Source of the DNA: Candidatus Magasanikbacteria bacterium RIFCSPHIGHO2_01_FULL_41_23 | GTDB lineage: Bacteria > Patescibacteriota > Patescibacteriia > Magasanikbacterales > UBA922 | Assembly (NCBI GenBank): GCA_001782805.1 | Contig: MFPT01000019.1 | Span: 1,801 to 65,800, forward strand | Length of the DNA stretch: 64,000 bases | Direction: 5' to 3' | Part shown: one piece after another, positions 28,928 to 40,147 of the stretch | Position numbering within the stretch: the first letter of the stretch is position 1 | Layout of the letters: each line of letters opens with the position of its first letter | Position numbers and translations under genes: made by a program | Notes under the pieces: generated by a model | The model's database searches: none | Seen by the model: only the letters and a program-made list of their open reading frames with translations | Told to the model about the DNA's origin: nothing

Positions 28928-29872
28928 ATGGCCGTTAACACTAAAGAAATCAAACAACGCATCAAATCGGTCAAGAACACTAAAAAAATGACGAAAGCCA
29001 TGGAATTGGTGTCGGCCGCCAAGATGCGCAAGGCCGTGCAGGGCGCCCTCGCTACACGCATGTTTGCCACGCTCGCACGCGAGTTGCTGGAACAATTGGC
29101 GAGTGGGAACAAACCAACTTCGCCGCTTTTGGAAGAACGACCGGTCGCGCGTTTACTCGTGATTTTAATCACTTCCAATCGCGGTTTGTGCGGCAGTTTT
29201 AACGCCAATATTTTTAAACGTGCCTGGCAGATTTTGCAGGATAAAACTAACGTGGCCCGGCACCGCGGACTTGATGGCAAAGATATTATTCCCTTGAGTG
29301 ATGTCGCCGTTGATGTGATTGGTGTGGGTAAAAAAAGCGCCACGTTTGCCAAACGACATAATTATCCTTTGATCGCGGCGTTTGATCATTTAAGCGAACG
29401 GCCGGCATTTGAAGATATTTTGTCCATCAGTTCCATGGCGCGCAAAGCCTTTACCGAAAAAACGTATGATAAAGTAGTGGTGATGTACACACAATACAAT
29501 TCCAGTTTGTCGCAAACCGTCAAAGCCCGCCAATTGTTGCCCGTGTCGCCACATGATTTGGAAAAAATGTTGGTAGTTGGAGAGAAAGCCGAAGAAATTC
29601 CATCACTCAAACAAAACGGTTATTTATTTGAACCAAATCCCGAAACAATTATCGCCACAATTGTTCCGCGTTTAGTTGACATTCAATTATACCAAGCGAT
29701 TTTGGAATCGTCGGCCAGCGAGCACAGCACGCGCATGGTTGCCATGAAAAATGCCAGCAGTTCGGCCGGCGACATGATTAACGGATTAACTTTGGAATTT
29801 AACAAAGCCCGACAAGCCGCGATTACGCAAGAGATTGCCGAGATTGCCGGTGGAGCCGCGGCATTAGAATAA
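28928..29872 (+). CDS. atpG: ATP synthase F1 subunit gamma
   Basis: IKSVKNTKKMTKAMELV, SNRGLCG, SEHSTRMVAM, NKARQAAITQEIAEI. Confidence 0.97.
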   Translation: MAVNTKEIKQRIKSVKNTKKMTKAMELVSAAKMRKAVQGALATRMFATLARELLEQLASGNKPTSPLLEERPVARLLVILITSNRGLCGSFNANIFKRAWQILQDKTNVARHRGLDGKDIIPLSDVAVDVIGVGKKSATFAKRHNYPLIAAFDHLSERPAFEDILSISSMARKAFTEKTYDKVVVMYTQYNSSLSQTVKARQLLPVSPHDLEKMLVVGEKAEEIPSLKQNGYLFEPNPETIIATIVPRLVDIQLYQAILESSASEHSTRMVAMKNASSSAGDMINGLTLEFNKARQAAITQEIAEIAGGAAALE

Positions 29873-30023
29873 TTTTAGTATTATGTAATTTTGTTTACAG
29901 TAACTGTTTGAGGTCGCCTGTGCTCGGTCAATTTATAGATTCAGAATCGGTTCGGCATAGGCCACTAGAGCACAGGACGAGCGAGTTTTACTGAAAATAA
30001 AATTACATAATACTAAAATTATT
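29868..30023. repeat. ~155-bp long-hairpin element, copy B (between atpG and atpD)
   Basis: 36-bp inverted arms with 2 deviations; internal TGTTTGAG...CCTGTGCTC/GAGCACAGG...GCGAGTTTT. Confidence 0.85.
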
Positions 30024-30068
30024 TAATACATTATGGAAATTGAAATAAAAATTCTTTAATACATCTAG

Positions 30069-31448
<1,380 letters not shown>

Positions 31449-31493
31449 AACAGCTTTGAAAATTTGCGGGAAGTTAAGTAATAAGATTAGTGT

Positions 31494-31913
31494 ATGAATT
31501 TTTCTCTAAAAATTGTCAGTCCTGATGGACCAACATTCAGTGGCGAAGTGGAGTCAGTTAGTTTGCCGACTGCAATGGGCGAAATTACGGTTTTGTCGCA
31601 TCATGTTCCCTTAATTGCGGTTCTCGCGTCCGGTGAAGCGCGCATCAAACAAGGGAATGAAACAATTTTTTTGTCAGTTTCAAGCGGTGTGATTGAAATT
31701 CGTCCCGACAATACCGTGTATGTTTTGGCTGAAACCGCGGAACGCGCTGAACAGATTGATTTAGCTCGTGCTGAAACAGCCAAACTCCGTGCCGAAGAAT
31801 TAATGAAACAACGCGATCGTATGGATGACGAACAATTCGCGCTCGTTATGGCCAAAATGGAAAAAGAATTGGCACGACTGAGAGTTGGGAAAAAATGGCG
31901 GAATGTAGGGTAA
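31494..31913 (+). CDS. atpC: ATP synthase F1 subunit epsilon
   Basis: IVSPDG, GEITVLSHHVP, LAETAERAEQID. Confidence 0.95.
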   Translation: MNFSLKIVSPDGPTFSGEVESVSLPTAMGEITVLSHHVPLIAVLASGEARIKQGNETIFLSVSSGVIEIRPDNTVYVLAETAERAEQIDLARAETAKLRAEELMKQRDRMDDEQFALVMAKMEKELARLRVGKKWRNVG

Positions 31914-31921
31914 TAGACCAG

Positions 31922-31950
31922 TTGACATTTTTTAAAGTCACTGCTATAAT
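31922..31950 (+). promoter_or_regulatory. Perfect consensus sigma70 promoter
   Basis: TTGACA-17 bp-TATAAT. Confidence 0.85.
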
Positions 31951-31975
31951 CGCGGTTCATTAAATATATTATTTT

Positions 31976-32095
31976 ATGCAATGTCAATCCTGCGCCAAAT
32001 CCACTACCGAAGACACAGTATGTCCGGACTGCGACACCTGTGAATCCTGCTGCGGCTGTCGTGGCGCCATGGATACGTCAAGTGACGATGAATAA
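31976..32095 (+). CDS. 39-aa cysteine-rich peptide (metallothionein/zinc-binding-like); below the ORF-track cutoff
   Basis: MQCQSCAKSTTEDTVCPDCDTCESCCGCRGAMDTSSDDE*; 8 Cys; directly behind a consensus promoter with an AT-rich leader like other genes here. Confidence 0.75.
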   Translation: MQCQSCAKSTTEDTVCPDCDTCESCCGCRGAMDTSSDDE

Positions 32096-32146
32096 TAATG
32101 ATTAAAAAATTCCGCAGTCAAACTGGGGAATTTTTTTACCAAAAAT

Positions 32147-33907
32147 ATGAACTCCCACATCAAATCTACCGGCAAAATTTATTGGCGTTTTATCCGCCAA
32201 AATCGTTGGAGCATGACGGTGGTCATGGTACTTTTGGTTATCGCCAACATCGTAAACCTGATGCCGCCGATTTATTTTAAGAAGTTGTTTGATGCGATTG
32301 CGAATGAATCTGAGCTGATAATCATGTTCCCCATTTTGTTGATGGTCGCGGTTTTTTATACGTTTGACTGGATACTCTGGCACACCGTTCGCTTTATCTT
32401 AAATGTGAAACAACCGAAAATGATGGCGGAAATTGAACAATATTGTTTTTCTTATTTGCATAATCATTCCATTGATTTTTTTCAAAATAATTTTGTGGGC
32501 TCTTTGGTTAAGCGCATCAATCGTTTTGTGCAAGCGTTTGAGCGCATTATGGATCGCTTCTTGTGGAATATTTTGCAGATTTTGGTGGGCACGATTGTCA
32601 TGATTGTAGTTTTGTGGTCGCGCAATCCATGGTTGTCATTGATCATGATAGTCTGGATTGTGCTCTACAGCCTCATGAATATTTGGCTGATTCGTAAAAA
32701 ATTGCCCTATGATATTAAACGCAGTGAATTGGAAAGCGTTACCACGGGTTTTTTGGCAGACACGATTTCCAATCAATCGGCCGTGAAATTTTACAATGGT
32801 TATGGACGAGAAGTAAACAGTTTCAAAAAATTATTGCATCAAGTGCGCGCGGCCAAAACAAAATCATATAATTTGGATACGTGGTTTGAGGGAGCGCAAA
32901 CATTTTTAATGTATGGTTTGGAAATTGTCATGTTATATGGCGCGCTTATTTTGTGGAAACGCGGGATTTTAACCATCGGCGATTTTGCTTTGATTCAATC
33001 ATATTTGTTGACTTTATTTTTGCGCATTTGGGATTTGGGAAAAATCATTCGTGGTATTTATGAAGATTTGGCCGATGCCAAAGAAATGACGGAAATTTTG
33101 GAAACACCAGTCGCGATTCATGATGCGCCAAACGCTAAACCATTGCTAGTTCCGAACGGCGAAGTATTATTTCAAAAGGTAAGTTTTGCGTATAACAGCA
33201 CGCGTACTGTGCTTAAACTTTTCTCTTGTGTGATTAAGCCTGGTGAACGCGTGGCTTTGGTTGGACCATCAGGCGCGGGCAAGTCAACTATTATTAAAAT
33301 TTTGTTGCGTTTGTACGAAGTTAGTGCGGGTAAAATTTTCATTGATGAAATAGACGCGAAAAAAGTAACTTTGGAAAGTTTGTGGGGCGCCATGAGTTAT
33401 GTGCCGCAAGAAGCATTACTGTTCCATCGTTCCATAAAAGAAAATATTCGCTATGGCAAACCGGACGCGACTGACGATGAAATAATTGACGCGGCCAAGC
33501 TCGCGCATTGTCATGAATTTATTTTGGAATTATCCGATGGATACGATACGTTGGTGGGCGAACGCGGCGTGAAATTATCCGGCGGTGAACGGCAACGCGT
33601 GGCCATTGCGCGGGCGATTTTACGTAACGCGCCTATTTTACTTTTGGATGAAGCCACGTCCAGTTTGGATTCTGAATCTGAACATTTGATTCAGTACGCG
33701 CTTGAGGCCGTGATGAAAGGCAAAACCGTGATCGCCATTGCGCATCGCTTGTCCACGATTATGCATATGGATCGCATCATTGTTTTAAAAGACGGAAAAA
33801 TCGCAGAAGAAGGGTCGCATAACGAATTATTGCAAAAAGAAAACGGTGTTTATCATGGACTCTGGAGTTTGCAAGTCGGCGGATTTTTGGGCGGGGATGA
33901 TGAATAA
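32147..33907 (+). CDS. ABC exporter, fused TMD-NBD (ABCB/Atm1/MsbA-like)
   Basis: TM domain, GPSGAGKST, LSGGERQR, LLLDEATS, IAHRLST. Confidence 0.93.
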   Translation: MNSHIKSTGKIYWRFIRQNRWSMTVVMVLLVIANIVNLMPPIYFKKLFDAIANESELIIMFPILLMVAVFYTFDWILWHTVRFILNVKQPKMMAEIEQYCFSYLHNHSIDFFQNNFVGSLVKRINRFVQAFERIMDRFLWNILQILVGTIVMIVVLWSRNPWLSLIMIVWIVLYSLMNIWLIRKKLPYDIKRSELESVTTGFLADTISNQSAVKFYNGYGREVNSFKKLLHQVRAAKTKSYNLDTWFEGAQTFLMYGLEIVMLYGALILWKRGILTIGDFALIQSYLLTLFLRIWDLGKIIRGIYEDLADAKEMTEILETPVAIHDAPNAKPLLVPNGEVLFQKVSFAYNSTRTVLKLFSCVIKPGERVALVGPSGAGKSTIIKILLRLYEVSAGKIFIDEIDAKKVTLESLWGAMSYVPQEALLFHRSIKENIRYGKPDATDDEIIDAAKLAHCHEFILELSDGYDTLVGERGVKLSGGERQRVAIARAILRNAPILLLDEATSSLDSESEHLIQYALEAVMKGKTVIAIAHRLSTIMHMDRIIVLKDGKIAEEGSHNELLQKENGVYHGLWSLQVGGFLGGDDE

Positions 33908-33938
33908 TTTGTCCTCTTGATAAATAAGTACAATTCTC

Positions 33939-33967
33939 TTGACATTTTGTGATTCAGCCTATATAAT
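33939..33967 (+). promoter_or_regulatory. Perfect consensus sigma70 promoter of typA
   Basis: TTGACA-17 bp-TATAAT. Confidence 0.85.
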
Positions 33968-34026
33968 CAGCGAGTTCTAACTCATCCTTTGTTTCAGGTA
34001 CGACGGGCACGTCGTTTATTATTTTT

Positions 34027-35874
34027 ATGGAAATTCGCAACATTGCCATTATCGCGCACGTTGATCACGGCAAAACCACTTTGACCGATGCTTTGATGCG
34101 CCAAACCGGTATGGTAACGGATGAAACAGTAACCATGGATTCCAACGCTCTGGAAAAAGAACGCGGCATTACGATTTACGCCAAAAATGGCAGTTTATTT
34201 TACCCCTCGACCCATTCGATTGGGGCTCAGGGCTCAGGGCGAGAACCTACAAAAATAAATATTGTTGACACACCTGGCCACGCGGATTTTGGTTCAGAAG
34301 TGGAACGCGTTTTGCGCTCCATTGATTCCGTGCTTTTGATTGTGGATGCGCAAGAAGGGCCTATGCCGCAAACAAAATTTGTGTTAAAAAAATCTTTGGA
34401 ATTGGGACTTAAACCGATTGTAGTTTTAAATAAAATTGATAAACCGGCCGCTGATGTCCAACGTTCGCACGATCAAGTGTTGGAATTGTTTATGGATTTG
34501 GGCGCGAATGATGAACAATTAAATTTTACGACCGTGTACGCGATTGGCCGTCAAGGAATTGCCAAATTAAAAATGGAAGATGAAGGAAAAGATTTAACGC
34601 CATTACTGGATACGATTTTACGTTTAGTTCCGCCTGCGCCACATAATGTGGACGCGCCATTCCGCATGCAGCCGTTTAATTTAGGTTATGATAATTACGT
34701 TGGTCGTTTGGCAGTCGGTCGCGTATATGAAGGAAAAATTAACGTGGGCGATAAAGTAATTGTGAAAAAACCGACCGGTGAAACGCGCACTGGAAATATT
34801 ACGAAAATTTTTACGTTTAAAGGAACGACGCGGATTGAAGATACACAAGCCTCGGCCGGAGACATTGCTATGATCGCGGGAATCGCGGACATTGATATTG
34901 GGGAAACGATTTGTGTGTCGGCGGATCAAGAACCATTGCCTGCGATTAAAGTTGACGAACCAACAATTTCCCTGAATTTTTTGGTGAATAATTCGCCGTT
35001 TGCCGGACGCGAAGGAAAATTTGTGACCAACAGTCAAATTCGCGAACGCTTGGAAAAAGAATTGGAAGTGAACGTGGGTTTGAAAATTGATTTTTCCGCG
35101 TCTGATCATTATAAAGTATTTGGTCGTGGCGAATTGCATGTGGCGATTTTGTTGGAAAATATGCGGCGCGAAGGTTTTGAAATTCAAGTTTCGCAACCAC
35201 AAGTTATTATTAAAGAAATACTTTCGACAAGCTCAGGACAAGTTATTAAAGTAGAACCATTTGAAGAAGTCACGGTTGATGTTCCCGATGAATTTGCCGG
35301 CACAGTGATTGAAAAATTGGGACGACGCAAAGCCCAGATGACTGATATGCGTCAAAAAGACGGCCAAACGCGCATTATTTTTGAAATGCCCACACGGGGA
35401 TTGTTAGGTTATCGCGGTCAATTTGTCATGGACACGCGTGGCGAAGGAATTTTATGCAGTCGCGTTTTGGAATTTCGTCCGTATGTCGGTGAAATTGCCA
35501 AACGTGATGTTGGTTCTATGGTTTCCATGGTGGATGGCAAAGCGCTTGGTTTTTCTTTATTTAATTTGCAGGATCGCGGTGTTTTGTATATTCCTCCCGC
35601 GACCGAAGTGTATGAAGGCATGGTCATTGGTAATGTCAGTAAAGGCCAGGACATGGCGGTGAATCCAATCAAAGGAAAACAACTCACGAATATGCGCGCT
35701 AGTGGAACAGACGAAGCATTGACTTTGGTTCCTCCTATGGAAATTACATTGGAACGCGGTTTGGAAGTGATGGCCGAAGATGAATATCTGGAAATTACGC
35801 CCAAAAGTATCCGTTTGCGCAAGCAGTATTTGAAAGAAAATGAGCGCGTGCGCGCCGGCCGAAGCAGTAAATAA
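34027..35874 (+). CDS. typA: Translational GTPase TypA/BipA
   Basis: RNIAIIAHVDHGKTTL, DTPGHADF, GRGELH, KQLTNMRASG, EITPKSIRLRK. Confidence 0.97.
   Translation: MEIRNIAIIAHVDHGKTTLTDALMRQTGMVTDETVTMDSNALEKERGITIYAKNGSLFYPSTHSIGAQGSGREPTKINIVDTPGHADFGSEVERVLRSIDSVLLIVDAQEGPMPQTKFVLKKSLELGLKPIVVLNKIDKPAADVQRSHDQVLELFMDLGANDEQLNFTTVYAIGRQGIAKLKMEDEGKDLTPLLDTILRLVPPAPHNVDAPFRMQPFNLGYDNYVGRLAVGRVYEGKINVGDKVIVKKPTGETRTGNITKIFTFKGTTRIEDTQASAGDIAMIAGIADIDIGETICVSADQEPLPAIKVDEPTISLNFLVNNSPFAGREGKFVTNSQIRERLEKELEVNVGLKIDFSASDHYKVFGRGELHVAILLENMRREGFEIQVSQPQVIIKEILSTSSGQVIKVEPFEEVTVDVPDEFAGTVIEKLGRRKAQMTDMRQKDGQTRIIFEMPTRGLLGYRGQFVMDTRGEGILCSRVLEFRPYVGEIAKRDVGSMVSMVDGKALGFSLFNLQDRGVLYIPPATEVYEGMVIGNVSKGQDMAVNPIKGKQLTNMRASGTDEALTLVPPMEITLERGLEVMAEDEYLEITPKSIRLRKQYLKENERVRAGRSSK
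34203..34243. repeat. Nested 24-nt hairpin elements in frame in the typA G domain (PSTHSIGAQGSGRE)
   Basis: CCCCTCGAC-CCATTCGATTGGGGCTCAGG-GCTCAGGGCGAG. Confidence 0.75.
35221..35242. repeat. 24-nt-type hairpin element in frame in typA (LSTSSGQ)
   Basis: CTTTCGACAAGCTCAGGACAAG. Confidence 0.85.
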
Positions 35875-35899
35875 TTTTTTTAATCATTGTAATTACTAT

Positions 35900-36433
35900 A
35901 TGGCTTTCTATAACAAGGAGAAGCGGTCAGAATACGGCGGTCCGAAAAAATTTGGTAATGGGGGAGGATTTGATCGCAACGACCGTGGGGATCGAGGTGG
36001 TCGAGGTGGTTTTGGCGGCCGAACAGAAATGTTTCAGGCCGTATGTAGTCAATGTCAAAAGGATTGTGAAGTTCCGTTTCGTCCGAATGGCCGCAAGCCG
36101 GTTTTCTGTAGTATTTGTTTTGGTAAACAAGGTGGTACGAGTCCTGACAAAGGCGGAGAACGTAGTTTTGGGCGACCAGAGAGAAGTTTTGATCGTCCTT
36201 CATTTGGCGGCCGCGGATCACGCGATTTTGCGCCCAGTCGTCCCGCCCCCCAAGAAAATCTTAAAGAACAATTTGACAAACTGAGTAACAAACTCGATCG
36301 CATTATAGATTTGTTAATGAAAACTGAAGCGCCGACTCCTTCAAAAATGGAAATGGAATTGGAAAATGAAGAAGATAAAATGCCTCCAATTGTGAAAAAA
36401 GTTAAAAAAGTGGCGAAGGCGAAAAGGAAATAA
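35900..36433 (+). CDS. CxxC-x17-CxxC zinc-ribbon protein with RGG-rich regions
   Basis: MFQAVCSQCQKDCEVPFRPNGRKPVFCSICF; start at ATG 35900. Confidence 0.85.
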   Translation: MAFYNKEKRSEYGGPKKFGNGGGFDRNDRGDRGGRGGFGGRTEMFQAVCSQCQKDCEVPFRPNGRKPVFCSICFGKQGGTSPDKGGERSFGRPERSFDRPSFGGRGSRDFAPSRPAPQENLKEQFDKLSNKLDRIIDLLMKTEAPTPSKMEMELENEEDKMPPIVKKVKKVAKAKRK

Positions 36434-36479
36434 AATAAATTATTAGTGGAGATTGTCTCCTAGTTAATCCCCATTTTAT

Positions 36480-36508
36480 TTGACAAGCCAAATTGTTCTT
36501 GGTATATT
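36480..36508 (+). promoter_or_regulatory. sigma70-type promoter
   Basis: TTGACA-17 bp-TATATT. Confidence 0.65.
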
Positions 36509-36588
36509 TTTCCCAATCGTCCATTTAACGCGGACAACCGCGAAATTTTTAATAGGTCGGGGCGAGTTAAAAGTTTTAAGATACAGCT

Positions 36589-36870
36589 ATGAGTCAGACA
36601 TTATATGTCGGTAACGTCTCATACCAATCCACTGATGAAAGTTTAGCCACGGCTTTTGGCCAGGCCGGAACTGTCGTATCAGCCAAGATTGTTATGGACA
36701 AATTTACCGGACGATCTCGTGGTTTTGCTTTCGTCGACATGGATACAGCCGAAAGCGCCCAAAAAGCAATTGATTTGCTTAATGGCAAAGACCTCGATGG
36801 CCGCGAGCTTCGCGTAAGCTTGGCCCGTCCCAAAGAAGACCGACCACCTCGCCGCGATTTCCGCAACTAG
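36589..36870 (+). CDS. RRM (RNP-1) RNA-binding protein
   Basis: RNP2 LYVGNV, RNP1 RGFAFVDM. Confidence 0.95.
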   Translation: MSQTLYVGNVSYQSTDESLATAFGQAGTVVSAKIVMDKFTGRSRGFAFVDMDTAESAQKAIDLLNGKDLDGRELRVSLARPKEDRPPRRDFRN

Positions 36871-36889
36871 TCTCTAGTTCGAAAAATCC

Positions 36890-36920
36890 AAAAGACCCTG
36901 CTGAAAAGCGTGGGTCTTTT
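36890..36920 (+). terminator. Intrinsic terminator
   Basis: AAAAGACCC...GGGTCTTTT hairpin after the RRM gene. Confidence 0.65.
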
Positions 36921-36969
36921 ATATTGTTTAATTTTTTGTTATTCTTGTTTTAGCTTTTGTGAAATTTTT

Positions 36970-39900
36970 ATGAATACATTAAACCAATCGCAAAAAGAGG
37001 CCATTGAATACATTTCCAACCCTCTCCTCATCGTCGCCGGCGCGGGCACGGGAAAAACAACGGTGATCACGGAAAAAATCGCACATCTTATTTCTTTCGG
37101 CTTGGCAAAACCCGAGGAAATTTTGGCGCTGACGTTTACGGATAAAGCCGCGAACGAATTACTGGAACGCGTGGATGCGCGTTTGGAATTGGGCTATGTG
37201 GATCTGCAAGTTTCCACATTTCATAAATTTTGCGAACGACTACTCCAAGAATACGCGCTGGACATTGGATTGCCACGCCAATTTAAATTAATTACGGAAA
37301 CTGATGCCTGGCTTTTATTGCGTGATAAAATATATGAACTTGGTTTGGGTTATTATCGTCCGCTTGGCAATCCGGTCAAATATATTTCTGATTTATTGCG
37401 TCATTTTTCCAAATGTAAAGATGAGTTAATTACTCCTGCGGATTATTTGGCGCACGCGGAAAGTGTGGCGCATGAAACAGGCAGTGAAACTGGAGATGAA
37501 AAATCGCGTTTGACTGAACTCGCGAACGCGTATCACGCGTATAATCAATTGATTTTACAAGCCAGTGGATTGGATTTTGGTGATTTGATTTTTTATAGCG
37601 TGCAATTATTGCGCACGCGTCCGGAAATTTTGCAGAAAGTTAATAAGCAATATAAATATATTTTGGTGGATGAATTTCAAGATGTGAATTGGGCGCAATA
37701 TCAATTGGTGAAAGAACTCGCACGCGGTGGCCAGCTAACAGTGGTTGGTGACGACGATCAATCAATTTACGCGTTTCGCGGCGCCAGTGTTTCCAATATC
37801 TTGCGTTTTAAAGATGATTATCCCACGGCCAAAAGCATTGTGTTGAATGCCAATTATCGCTCGCGTCTGGAAATTTTGGATGTCGCGTATAGGTTAATTC
37901 AAAATAATAATCCGGATCGGTTGGAAGTAAAATTAGGTTTGGATAAAAAATTAATCGCGTCCGCGGAGTTTGGTGTTTTGCAAAAAAATCAAACAGTTGT
38001 AACTTATTTGAAAGCGGAGACAATAGACGCGGAAGTGCGTGGCGTAATTCAAGAAATTATCAGCTTAAAACAAAATAATCCGGACACGGTTTGGGATGAT
38101 TTCGCGATTTTGGCGCGCGCGAATAATCATCTGGATCCGTTTATTCGCGGACTGGAAGTGGCGGGAATTTCGTATGAATTTTTATCCGCGGCCGGGCTAT
38201 ATCGTCAACCGATTGTGTTGGACGCGTTTAGTTTTTTTAAAATTGTGCATCAAACGCAAGAAAATTCCGCGTTATTTAGATTGTTGAATTTACCATGTTT
38301 GAATTTTGATCCGCATGACACGCAAAAATTACTGGCCGTGGCCAAGAAAAAAAGTTTGTCGTATTTTGAAGCTTTGGCTCTGGCGCCGCAATGGGGATTG
38401 ACTTCTGATGGAATAAAGATTTGCGCAAAATTGCATGGATTATTATCTGCGGCCGTTGGTAAAAGCAATACGGATAAACCATCAAATCTCCTTTACTCTT
38501 TTTTGGAAGAATCAGGTTATTTGCAATTTTTAGCACATAAAGAAAATGAGGGTGATCGGACGATTATTCGCCAAATTTATCAGCTTCAACAATTTTTGGA
38601 AACAGTGACGCGATTTGAAGAAACTGTTCCCGATCCGCACGTTGCTCATTTTGTGGAATATCTGAATACGATCTTGGAATCAGGCGATGAAGGAGGATTG
38701 TATCAACCGACTGATACGCCGGATTCGGTGAATGTTTTGAGCGCGCATGGCGCCAAAGGTTTGGAATTTAAATATGTGTTTGTGGTCAACATGGTGGAAG
38801 AACGATTTCCGACGCGTCGTCGTGGAACTGGTTTGGAAATTCCCGAAGAACTTATTCATGAACATGTGCCCGAAGGAGATTATCATCTGGAAGAAGAAAG
38901 ACGTTTGTTTTATGTAGCGACTACGCGCGCCAAAGAGCGTTTATATTTTTCCAGCGCGGAAAATTATGGTGGCGTGCGCGCTAAAAAAGTGTCGCGATTT
39001 TTGGTGGAAGCGGGCGTTGTGGAAGAAACTCCTAAAAAAGAAAAACCTGTCGTGAGTTTGTCTCGCAGTGAGCTTGTCGAATTGTCGAGCCAATCAGAAC
39101 CGAAAAAATCAGTTACTGATTTTGCCCCGCCAATTATGAGGCCGGCAAAAGAAAATCCCGTAGTTTACGAATTACCCAAAGCCTTTTCTTTTTCCCAAAT
39201 AAAATCATACCAAACCTGTCCGTACCAATATAAGTTGGCGCATATTTTAAAATTACCCACGAAGAGCTCGTTTAATTTTAGTTTTGGCCAAAGTATGCAT
39301 GCGACTTTGCAAGATTTTTATACCAAAGTGCAGACGATGAATCGCGCTAAACAAGAATCTTTATTTTCCCTGCCATTGGTCTCGGCCGCAATCATGTCGG
39401 CTGACAGCGTAAAAGTACCAACACTCGCGGAATTATATAAAATGTATGACGCGCATTGGATTCCGGATTGGTATGAAAATAAAAAACAACGCGCGGAATA
39501 TTATGCCAAAGGAAAAGATATTTTGAAAAAGTTTTACGCGGCCGAAGATGGACGCTGGACAATTCCCGTATCCTTGGAAGGCTGGTTTAAAATTAAAGTG
39601 GGAAATTATTTGGTGCATGGTCGCATTGATCGCGTGGATCAAGCTTCCGATGGAACGCTCCATATTATTGATTACAAAACCGGCCAAGCAAAAGAAACAC
39701 TGACGACCGAAGACAAAGAACAATTATTGATTTACCAAATCGCGGCCGAAACTTTACCTGAATATCGCCAGATTGGTAAAACTGGACAGCTGACTTTTTA
39801 TTATTTAAATGATATTTTGAAAACCTCTTTTCTCGGTGATCCGGAAGATTTGGAAAAAATAAAAGGAAAAATAACTGCGACAATTGACCAAATTTATGCG

Positions 39901-39981
39901 GGAAATTTTACGGCCACACCGAGTCAGTTTATTTGCAAACATTGTGATTTTCGGGATATTTGCGAATTTAGAGTTGGGTAA
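36970..39981 (+). CDS. UvrD/PcrA-family helicase fused to a PD-(D/E)XK (AddB-like, Fe-S) nuclease
   Basis: AGAGTGKT, DEFQD, GDDDQSIYAFRGA, HGAKGLEF, EEERRLFYVATTRA; C-terminal CP...GRIDRVD...IIDYKTG...CKHCDFRDIC; start at ATG 36970. Confidence 0.93.
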   Translation: MNTLNQSQKEAIEYISNPLLIVAGAGTGKTTVITEKIAHLISFGLAKPEEILALTFTDKAANELLERVDARLELGYVDLQVSTFHKFCERLLQEYALDIGLPRQFKLITETDAWLLLRDKIYELGLGYYRPLGNPVKYISDLLRHFSKCKDELITPADYLAHAESVAHETGSETGDEKSRLTELANAYHAYNQLILQASGLDFGDLIFYSVQLLRTRPEILQKVNKQYKYILVDEFQDVNWAQYQLVKELARGGQLTVVGDDDQSIYAFRGASVSNILRFKDDYPTAKSIVLNANYRSRLEILDVAYRLIQNNNPDRLEVKLGLDKKLIASAEFGVLQKNQTVVTYLKAETIDAEVRGVIQEIISLKQNNPDTVWDDFAILARANNHLDPFIRGLEVAGISYEFLSAAGLYRQPIVLDAFSFFKIVHQTQENSALFRLLNLPCLNFDPHDTQKLLAVAKKKSLSYFEALALAPQWGLTSDGIKICAKLHGLLSAAVGKSNTDKPSNLLYSFLEESGYLQFLAHKENEGDRTIIRQIYQLQQFLETVTRFEETVPDPHVAHFVEYLNTILESGDEGGLYQPTDTPDSVNVLSAHGAKGLEFKYVFVVNMVEERFPTRRRGTGLEIPEELIHEHVPEGDYHLEEERRLFYVATTRAKERLYFSSAENYGGVRAKKVSRFLVEAGVVEETPKKEKPVVSLSRSELVELSSQSEPKKSVTDFAPPIMRPAKENPVVYELPKAFSFSQIKSYQTCPYQYKLAHILKLPTKSSFNFSFGQSMHATLQDFYTKVQTMNRAKQESLFSLPLVSAAIMSADSVKVPTLAELYKMYDAHWIPDWYENKKQRAEYYAKGKDILKKFYAAEDGRWTIPVSLEGWFKIKVGNYLVHGRIDRVDQASDGTLHIIDYKTGQAKETLTTEDKEQLLIYQIAAETLPEYRQIGKTGQLTFYYLNDILKTSFLGDPEDLEKIKGKITATIDQIYAGNFTATPSQFICKHCDFRDICEFRVG
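39046..39091. repeat. Nested 24-nt hairpin elements in frame in the helicase-nuclease linker (PVVSLSRSELVELSS)
   Basis: CCTGTCGTGAGTTTGT-CTCG-CAGT-GA-G-CTTGT-C-GA-ATTG-TCGAGCC. Confidence 0.75.
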
Positions 39982-40130
39982 AATTTTAAATATATAAAAA
40001 TATCTCGCACCAAAACTCGTCCGTCCTTCAGTCTGGTTTGCGAATATAGCACTTATTATCCTTAGCTGGCTCATACTGAAGGCGGACTCAAACATTGGTG
40101 CTCTATATTTTTATATATTTAAAATTTTAC
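39978..40130. repeat. ~155-bp long-hairpin element, copy C (opposite orientation)
   Basis: Perfect 26-bp inverted arms, then GCACCAA/TTGGTGC; AAAACTCG...CCTTCAGT/ACTGAAGG...CTCAAACA is the reverse complement of the copy B core. Confidence 0.85.
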
Positions 40131-40147
40131 AAAATTAAATAAAAAAT

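Noticed and set aside
36970-39981. Helicase-nuclease fusion as a novel defence system
   Set aside because: UvrD plus PD-(D/E)XK fusions are known AddAB/AdnAB-like repair enzymes and the context is housekeeping
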